Part shown: positions 57,946-64,000 of the stretch, one piece after another
Numbering within the stretch: position 1 is the first letter of the stretch
How the letters are laid out: the number at the start of each line of letters is the position of its first letter
Source of the DNA: Promethearchaeota archaeon
GTDB lineage: Archaea; Asgardarchaeota; Lokiarchaeia; Sigyniarchaeales; SOKP01
Assembly: GCA_048941285.1 (NCBI GenBank)
Contig: JBHLNS010000006.1
Location: forward strand, 1-64,000
Direction: 5' to 3'
Length of the DNA: 64,000 nt
Program-made: the position numbers and the translations under genes
Notes under the pieces: model-generated
Database searches by the model: none
What the model saw: only the letters and a program-made list of their open reading frames with translations
What the model was told of the DNA's origin: nothing

Positions 57946-59037
57946 TTATATCCATTTTTTCCTTTTAAAGAAATACAACATGGTAAAAGCTATCGCAAAC
58001 ATTATGATGATTAAAATTGGATATGCAAACGGAGAGGAAAATTCAGGCATATAAATAAAATTCATCCCATAAAAACCTGCTAGAAATGATAGTGGAATAA
58101 AAATTGTGGATATAATCGTTAAAACTTTCATAATATCATTCATCCTATTGCTAACACTGGATAAATACATATCTAACATTCCAAAAATGATATCCCGATA
58201 ATTTTCTAAAAGATCACTAATTCTAAAAATATGATCATATATATCTCTTAAGTAGATTTGTAAATCATCTCTGATTAACTTTGATTGTTCACGTTGCAGT
58301 TTATTGATTATTTCTCTTATTGGCCAAATTGATTTTCTTAATTCAATCGAAGATCTTTTCAATCGATAAATAAGCTGTAAGGTTTCTGGTTCAGGTTTCT
58401 TTATTAATATATCTTCAATATTTTCTATATCCTCACCTACTTTTTCCAATACTATAAAATAATTGTCTATTATAATATCAATTAAAACATAAAAGAGATA
58501 GTCTGCTCCCATTAATCGAACTCTTCCCTTTGGAACTTGTATCCTCTCATAAATAGGATTGAAAAGATTCGTATCTCTCTCTTGGAAGGATATTACATAA
58601 TTTTCCCCCAAAATTAAGCTAATTTGTTCATATTCAAATTCTTCTTCTTCTTGATTCCAACTTAATTTTTTTAATACTGCAAAAATAAAATTTCCATAAT
58701 CTTCTAATTTAGGTCTTTGATTTGGATTTAAAATATCTTCCAATATGAGAGGATGTAAATCAAATTGGCGACCAATCTCTTCAATAATTTCTACTTCTGC
58801 AAGACCATATATATCAATCCATCTAATTAATGATTTTTCAATTTGAGTAAGATTTTTTTTAATATCCTCAAATTCTTGCATAATAAAACGGTCTTCTGTA
58901 TAATCTGTTACCTTAATTTTAGTTTTTTCTTTTACTTTGTCCCCTGTATAAATTAAAGTTCCTGGAGGAAGCCCAACCTTTTTCTTTCTTTTACTAGATG
59001 GAATCATTTTATGTAAAGGTCGAGATATTCTCCTCAT
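57946..59037 (-). CDS. corA: Magnesium/cobalt transporter CorA
   Basis: GLPPGTL, LHPL.LEDI, QRPK.E, MKVLT, GFYGMNF..MPE. Confidence 0.95.
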   Translation of the reverse strand: MRRISRPLHKMIPSSKRKKKVGLPPGTLIYTGDKVKEKTKIKVTDYTEDRFIMQEFEDIKKNLTQIEKSLIRWIDIYGLAEVEIIEEIGRQFDLHPLILEDILNPNQRPKLEDYGNFIFAVLKKLSWNQEEEEFEYEQISLILGENYVISFQERDTNLFNPIYERIQVPKGRVRLMGADYLFYVLIDIIIDNYFIVLEKVGEDIENIEDILIKKPEPETLQLIYRLKRSSIELRKSIWPIREIINKLQREQSKLIRDDLQIYLRDIYDHIFRISDLLENYRDIIFGMLDMYLSSVSNRMNDIMKVLTIISTIFIPLSFLAGFYGMNFIYMPEFSSPFAYPILIIIMFAIAFTMLYFFKRKKWI

Positions 59038-59150
59038 TTTTTTTCACTCAAAAAATTTATGGTTTCTTTTGACTAATTTATTAATAAATTAGCTTTTAAA
59101 ATAAAAGTTTTCTTAAGATGATTTTATAAGAAAATTGGAACCTTAAGAAG

Positions 59151-59175
59151 AGAAGGGTTTAGATAAACCTTTTTC
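59151..59175. terminator. Hairpin downstream of the HAD gene
   Basis: AGAAGGGTTTA-GA-TAAACCTTTTTCT stem-loop. Confidence 0.3.
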
Positions 59176-59188
59176 TTTTGAGTTTGGT

Positions 59189-59824
59189 TTATGGATCCAG
59201 AGAGATACCATATTTTTTTAAATCTTCTATTAATTTTTCAGTGTAATAATAATGAATTCCTTTCAATCCTAAAGATCTTGCTATTTTTATATTTTTTTTC
59301 TCATCATCGATTAAAATAGCTTCAGAGGGTTCGCATTCTAAATGTTTTATTAGTTCATTATAAAATTCAATATCATCTTTATTCATTTTATAATCAAAAC
59401 TTAATATTGTATCATCAAAATACTTTAAAAATCCACACTTTTTTTCTAAATAGTCTATACGTTCTCTTATGTTTCCGCTAAAAATCAACAATCTATAATT
59501 ATTCTTCTTCAAATTCTTTAATAATTCTTCAATACCATAGTGGATACAATATGAACCAAACCATATATATCTTGTATGCTTTTTTTCTTTTTTATTAATT
59601 CCTAGTTTAAAGAATAAGTTTTCCTCAAATTCATCAATAGTCATTAAACCTTTACGTAAAAGATTTCCCTCAGAATTTGGTTTATCACTAAAAATTTCTC
59701 GAAGTAATTTTTCATTTTTAATGTCGTAAATCTCTTTAATTTTCTCTATTGCTAAAAAAGAACCTGGGGTAAAATATACGCCCCCTAAATCAAAAATAAT
59801 TGTTTTTATTTTATCAATTTTCAT
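59189..59824 (-). CDS. HAD family phosphatase
   Basis: IIFDLGGV, SGN, K, LIDD...N...A...G. Confidence 0.88.
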   Translation of the reverse strand: MKIDKIKTIIFDLGGVYFTPGSFLAIEKIKEIYDIKNEKLLREIFSDKPNSEGNLLRKGLMTIDEFEENLFFKLGINKKEKKHTRYIWFGSYCIHYGIEELLKNLKKNNYRLLIFSGNIRERIDYLEKKCGFLKYFDDTILSFDYKMNKDDIEFYNELIKHLECEPSEAILIDDEKKNIKIARSLGLKGIHYYYTEKLIEDLKKYGISLDP

Positions 59825-60068
59825 AATAACTTATGTTATAAATATTAAGAATAAAATTATCTATTATCTATATATTTATTGTCAATAAAATTTGGGCTTC
59901 CCTTCATTTAATCTGTTCTTAGAAAACTATTTATAATTAAGGGTTATCAGAAAATCATTTTTTTTTAAATATTATGTAAACTTTTATAATAAAACTATTC
60001 TTATAATTTTTTTATAAAAGAATTAGCCTTGTAGAATTAATAAAAACCTTGGAGTTGAAGTTTAAAAT

Positions 60069-60986
60069 ATGAAAAGACTTTATAAAATCTTCATTTGGAT
60101 TACTATTATAGGACTTTTTATTCTAGGTTATTTTTATTTTGGATTTGAGCAATTTTTATTAAATTTAATCCTTTTGAACATGGTTGCTTATGTCCTTAGA
60201 TCTATTTTAATTGATGTATTTCAGACTATAATTAAAAATTTGATTGTTCGTTATATCTTGATGATTATAATCAATATCCTGTGGTTGATATTTCCTTTTT
60301 GGCTATTGTCTGTTATTTCACCAATTTATTTTGTAGCAATAATCTCTTTTTTGGTTGTGGCAATTTCTCTGACTTTTCAAAATATTATAAATAATATTGC
60401 TTCAGGAATAATGCTTTTATCATCAGAAGGCTTTGAAGCTGGTGATTTGATTGAAACAAATGGAGTTCAAGGTATTGTAAAGGAGATAACCTTAAATAGC
60501 TTAAAGTTAGAAGATTTTGATGGTTCTATTACATATATACCTAATAAAAATGCATTTAATTCCTCTGTAATCCGATTTACGCATAAACCTATAGAAAAGG
60601 GAAAAAAAATAGAAATCTCTAAAGTAGTCAAAAAAATCGGTAAAATTATCACTGGTGAAAAAAAATTAACTCGTTATATTAAGGTAGTAGAACTTTTAGG
60701 TACTGTAGATTCAAATAAGCTTAATGAATTATTGGATCCAATTTTTGAGAAATATGAACCCATATTTGGGAAAAAACCTTATTTTTATGCAAATACTACT
60801 GTTAGTGGGCTTATAAATCGTTTAAGTATAACTATTCAGATTATTACAGAAAATCCGAAGTTGATTTTAACCTACACAGATCCATTCTTGAAAGAAATCC
60901 TTTTTAAGATTTATGATGAAGAAATTAATTATGGTTGGAATGAAAAAGCACAAGAATCTTCACAAAATAGCAAAGAGGTGGATTAA
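60069..60986 (+). CDS. Mechanosensitive channel MscS family protein
   Basis: FQNIINNIASG, FEAGDLIE...GIVKEI, DG....IPN. Confidence 0.8.
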   Translation: MKRLYKIFIWITIIGLFILGYFYFGFEQFLLNLILLNMVAYVLRSILIDVFQTIIKNLIVRYILMIIINILWLIFPFWLLSVISPIYFVAIISFLVVAISLTFQNIINNIASGIMLLSSEGFEAGDLIETNGVQGIVKEITLNSLKLEDFDGSITYIPNKNAFNSSVIRFTHKPIEKGKKIEISKVVKKIGKIITGEKKLTRYIKVVELLGTVDSNKLNELLDPIFEKYEPIFGKKPYFYANTTVSGLINRLSITIQIITENPKLILTYTDPFLKEILFKIYDEEINYGWNEKAQESSQNSKEVD

Positions 60987-60988
60987 GG

Positions 60989-61900
60989 ATGGCAATCTTC
61001 AGTTCAGATTTAGAGGCATTAATATATCTTGCAATAATAGGAGTTGGGCTTTATATCATTAATAAGTTGGTTTCTTCAATATTTGCTAAAAGTAAAAAAA
61101 TACCCTTAAAACAGAAGGTTATTCTTAATTTTACTCTAAAAATAGGTGTTGTTCTTATTTTTGCATTTTTTATTATTGAGGGCTTTCCCGTTATTGGTTC
61201 AATCCCTATTGAATACACAGCAGTGCTTACTGGAGCAATAAGTACTGCAATTGCTTTTGCTTCCAGTGGAATATTTTCTAATTTTATTTCTGGCATTGTT
61301 CTCATGTTAATAAGACCTTTTGAAGTTGATGATTTAGTTAAAATTGAAGACGATAAAGGAATTATACGAGCAATAAATATAACTAAAGTGAAATTAGAAA
61401 CATTTGATAATATAATAATCGAGAAGTCAAACGCTCAAGTTCTTTACTCCAAAATTGTAAATTATACTGTTAAATTAGGGAAAAAAAAATCATTTGAAGA
61501 TTTTAAAAATAAGATCCTCGCTCCTCAGGATATTGGGTTTAAAGGTATTTATGAAGATACATCAAGTTCAAAAAGGGAATTTGAAAGTAATTTAGAAAAG
61601 GCTTACAATTCCTTTTCTAGTAAATATTTCCCAAAATTATATAATTATACTTTTAAAATGGCTTTTCCCTATAAAGGATTTAGAGTTCTCATAAATGAAG
61701 TAACAGAACTTTGTGATTTATATAATCAGAAGAATATTTTTCGGATTAAACCTCAATTTGATATAGTAAATTTTAACATTAGCATAATTGTCAAATTTCG
61801 ATTGTTAACTTTTAATCCCCAAAAAATATTTGATTTTCAACCTAAATTCGCAAGGGATGTCTATAATATAATTTTCAAACACAAAATAATGCAAAATTAA
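60989..61900 (+). CDS. Mechanosensitive channel MscS family protein
   Basis: AFAS...SNFISG..L...RPF.V.D, TFDN, NYT. Confidence 0.8.
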   Translation: MAIFSSDLEALIYLAIIGVGLYIINKLVSSIFAKSKKIPLKQKVILNFTLKIGVVLIFAFFIIEGFPVIGSIPIEYTAVLTGAISTAIAFASSGIFSNFISGIVLMLIRPFEVDDLVKIEDDKGIIRAINITKVKLETFDNIIIEKSNAQVLYSKIVNYTVKLGKKKSFEDFKNKILAPQDIGFKGIYEDTSSSKREFESNLEKAYNSFSSKYFPKLYNYTFKMAFPYKGFRVLINEVTELCDLYNQKNIFRIKPQFDIVNFNISIIVKFRLLTFNPQKIFDFQPKFARDVYNIIFKHKIMQN

Positions 61901-61935
61901 CTCATCATTTATTATGATCAAAAATTTAGAAATTC

Positions 61936-62583
61936 TCAGGCTTTACTTCTTTTTCTCCAAACTCTAATAATTTCTTTTTGTTTTTTTTGTTCTAATGGGT
62001 TTATGTAGCCTAGTAAGTCTTCAAAAACAATTTTTTGGTGTAAATGCGGTCGGAAAATAAATTTAAAATATTTTTTTTTCCAATAAAAACGTAAACTATT
62101 AAGATATAACGATAATTCTTTGATTTGTTGAGGTTTGATTTCATGGTATGAGTCGATTATATTTTCTTCTGTGTTATTTTCAATATTTCTTTTTAATAAG
62201 CTTCCATCAGTTTTTAAAATATAGATTGTGCCATTTAAATAAGCGTCATTCTCCTTATTATGAGTTAATCCAAGATATTGAGCATATAATTTAAAGTTTT
62301 GACTAATTTTAGCATTTAGATAACTTTTTTGAATTATGTCTCGATTTTTATTTTTGACTAATGTTTTAAGTTCTTGTTCTTCCATCTCTCCTTTACTGCT
62401 TTGTAATATTTCATAGTATTTCACTTGTAAATTGGTAAATATTAACATCTCAATATCAATATAAAAATCTTGAACCTCACGTGCTAAAATCCTGTCATCT
62501 TTAATATGGTCCCAGATTATAAAGAAAAGTACAGCAATTGAAACACATAAACTAACATATACCAATATATCTTGTGGGTTCAT
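61936..62583 (-). CDS. Hypothetical protein with N-terminal TM anchor
   Basis: Single hydrophobic helix followed by a soluble region. Confidence 0.6.
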   Translation of the reverse strand: MNPQDILVYVSLCVSIAVLFFIIWDHIKDDRILAREVQDFYIDIEMLIFTNLQVKYYEILQSSKGEMEEQELKTLVKNKNRDIIQKSYLNAKISQNFKLYAQYLGLTHNKENDAYLNGTIYILKTDGSLLKRNIENNTEENIIDSYHEIKPQQIKELSLYLNSLRFYWKKKYFKFIFRPHLHQKIVFEDLLGYINPLEQKKQKEIIRVWRKRSKA

Positions 62584-62729
62584 TTTTTTAGTTTTAATTT
62601 ACCATCTGGGTTGAATTAGATAAATATAGATTTTTATCATTTTTAAAGAATTAACCTTGTCATTTATATCAGATTAAATCTGACATATTTTTCAGGTTTC
62701 TAAAAACCTTAAAAGTTCTTTTTTTTTAT

Positions 62730-63692
62730 TTGATCATAATCAAGGTGATCCGAGCGATTTCCATATTTAAATTATTGACACCAGAAAATATTTTAAAAGG
62801 ATTTTCATATGGAGCTTACTTTTTAAAACATAAAATAAAGAAAATTCCATTTGGAGTAAATTATGATTTAACATGGCAGTGTAATTTAAAATGTAGGCAT
62901 TGTTATTTCAGGTCTTCTGTCCAAGAGTTGGCTAATTATTCAACAAGAAAAATAAAAGATTTAAGTGATGAACAGTGGTTAAAAATTTTTGATTATCACA
63001 GTAAATTAGGTATTAAAAGTGCTTCATTAACAGGAGGAGAGCCTACTCTTAGAATGGAGTTAATACATAAAGCTATAAAAATGTTTCCCTCAGTCCAAAT
63101 TGCTTCAAATGGCATTATCAAATTACCTTGGTTTGATCATCATAAACAACCTATTTATTGGGTCAGCTTAGATGGTGGAGAGGAAATACATAATAATATC
63201 AGAGGAGCAAATATATTTCAAAGAGTAATCGAAAATATCAAAGAGGATAAGAGAGTCTTAATCTCTACTACTATAACTGCCATAAACTATAAGGATATTG
63301 AAAATGTTGTGAATATTGCTTATAATACGGGAGTTTCAGGTATATTTTTCTTAATGTATACCGGTTATCCTAATGATCCTTTATTAATAAAAGGAGAAAA
63401 ATTGAAAACGGTAATTCGTAGTATATTAAAGGTTATGTCAGATTTCGATGATTTTATACTAATTTCCAGGAAAATGCTTGAATTATACATGACTAAAGAA
63501 TTTATACCTCATTGTATTTTTAAAAGTGGAGGGATTAAAAGTTATTACCCTAATGGTCAGCGCAAATTCTGTGTCATGGGAAATTCTCCTTTATTATGTG
63601 AAAATTGTGGTTGTATTGTACCTGTAGCTTCTTATGCTCTTTCTAAACTTGATTCTGAAACTGTTGAAAAATTGCAAAAATTCCCTTTTTAA
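62730..63692 (+). CDS. Radical SAM protein
   Basis: CNLKCRHC, TGGEP, VSLDG, C-terminal C..G....CENCGC. Confidence 0.85.
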   Translation: MIIIKVIRAISIFKLLTPENILKGFSYGAYFLKHKIKKIPFGVNYDLTWQCNLKCRHCYFRSSVQELANYSTRKIKDLSDEQWLKIFDYHSKLGIKSASLTGGEPTLRMELIHKAIKMFPSVQIASNGIIKLPWFDHHKQPIYWVSLDGGEEIHNNIRGANIFQRVIENIKEDKRVLISTTITAINYKDIENVVNIAYNTGVSGIFFLMYTGYPNDPLLIKGEKLKTVIRSILKVMSDFDDFILISRKMLELYMTKEFIPHCIFKSGGIKSYYPNGQRKFCVMGNSPLLCENCGCIVPVASYALSKLDSETVEKLQKFPF

Positions 63693-63905
63693 TAAATAAA
63701 GAAAAAATATAATGATTTGATTTTTGTAATTATATTCAGATTTAGCAAAAAGCATCTCTGAATCGGATTTTCGAGAATGTTTATTAGGACGAGCTCAGAC
63801 GACTAAATAAGGCTCTAATAGATGAATAATAATCTTTCTATTAAATAATAATTAAAAGTTTATATGGATTTACAAGAATAATTGAAATTATTTTTATATT
63901 ATCTT

Positions 63906-64000
63906 ATGAAAATCATCCAGATCTTTAGTAAAGATTATCCAAATAATAAAAAATCAGTATTTACGTATGAATCTGATTATTATTATGATATTAAACTCCA
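63906..64000 (+). CDS. 5' part of a gene truncated by the window end
   Basis: ATG at 63906 is open to the edge: MKIIQIFSKDYPNNKKSVFTYESDYYYDIKL. Confidence 0.45.
   Translation, partial: MKIIQIFSKDYPNNKKSVFTYESDYYYDIKL

Noticed and set aside
1-64000. Mobile elements, tRNA/rRNA, CRISPR-Cas or defence systems
   Set aside because: No transposase, integrase or cas motifs, terminal repeats, cloverleaf or rRNA-like GC-rich segments were seen.

Overview
AT-rich, gene-dense archaeal window. It most likely comes from an Asgard (Lokiarchaeia-type) genome, inferred from GGTGA/GGAGG ribosome-binding sites, a NosD/CASH surface protein, multi-TM hypothetical proteins, a Roadblock fold, a ubiquitin-like protein and a SAMP/MoaD protein. 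The centre (about 6.4-47.6 kb) is a large anaerobic aromatic/acyl-CoA catabolic region. It holds a complete bzd-type class I benzoyl-CoA reductase operon (oah-dch-had-bzdN-bzdO-[membrane protein]-bzdP-bzdQ-bzdM...bzdV), two ferredoxin-fused EtfAB pairs with acyl-CoA dehydrogenases, a CoA ligase, a thiolase, MaoC hydratases, a 2-hydroxyacyl-CoA dehydratase with a distant activase, a tungsten AOR and PanE. A recurring TGGGAA-N4-TTCCCA-like motif lies upstream of four of these operons. The right end has an unexplained module: an SLC13/ArsB-type transporter, a Roadblock-coiled-coil fusion, two paralogous ~220-aa three-helix (BAR-like?) proteins, a 57-aa acidic Trp peptide and an RHH regulator, next to CorA and tandem MscS genes. 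Features missed by the ORF track are a >850-aa TPR-like gene running off the left edge, two small ORFs, two probable non-canonical starts (CTG, ATA), an in-frame UGA gene and a structured intergenic element. No rRNA, tRNA, CRISPR array or transposase was recognised. All family calls come from visual motif recognition, not database searches.
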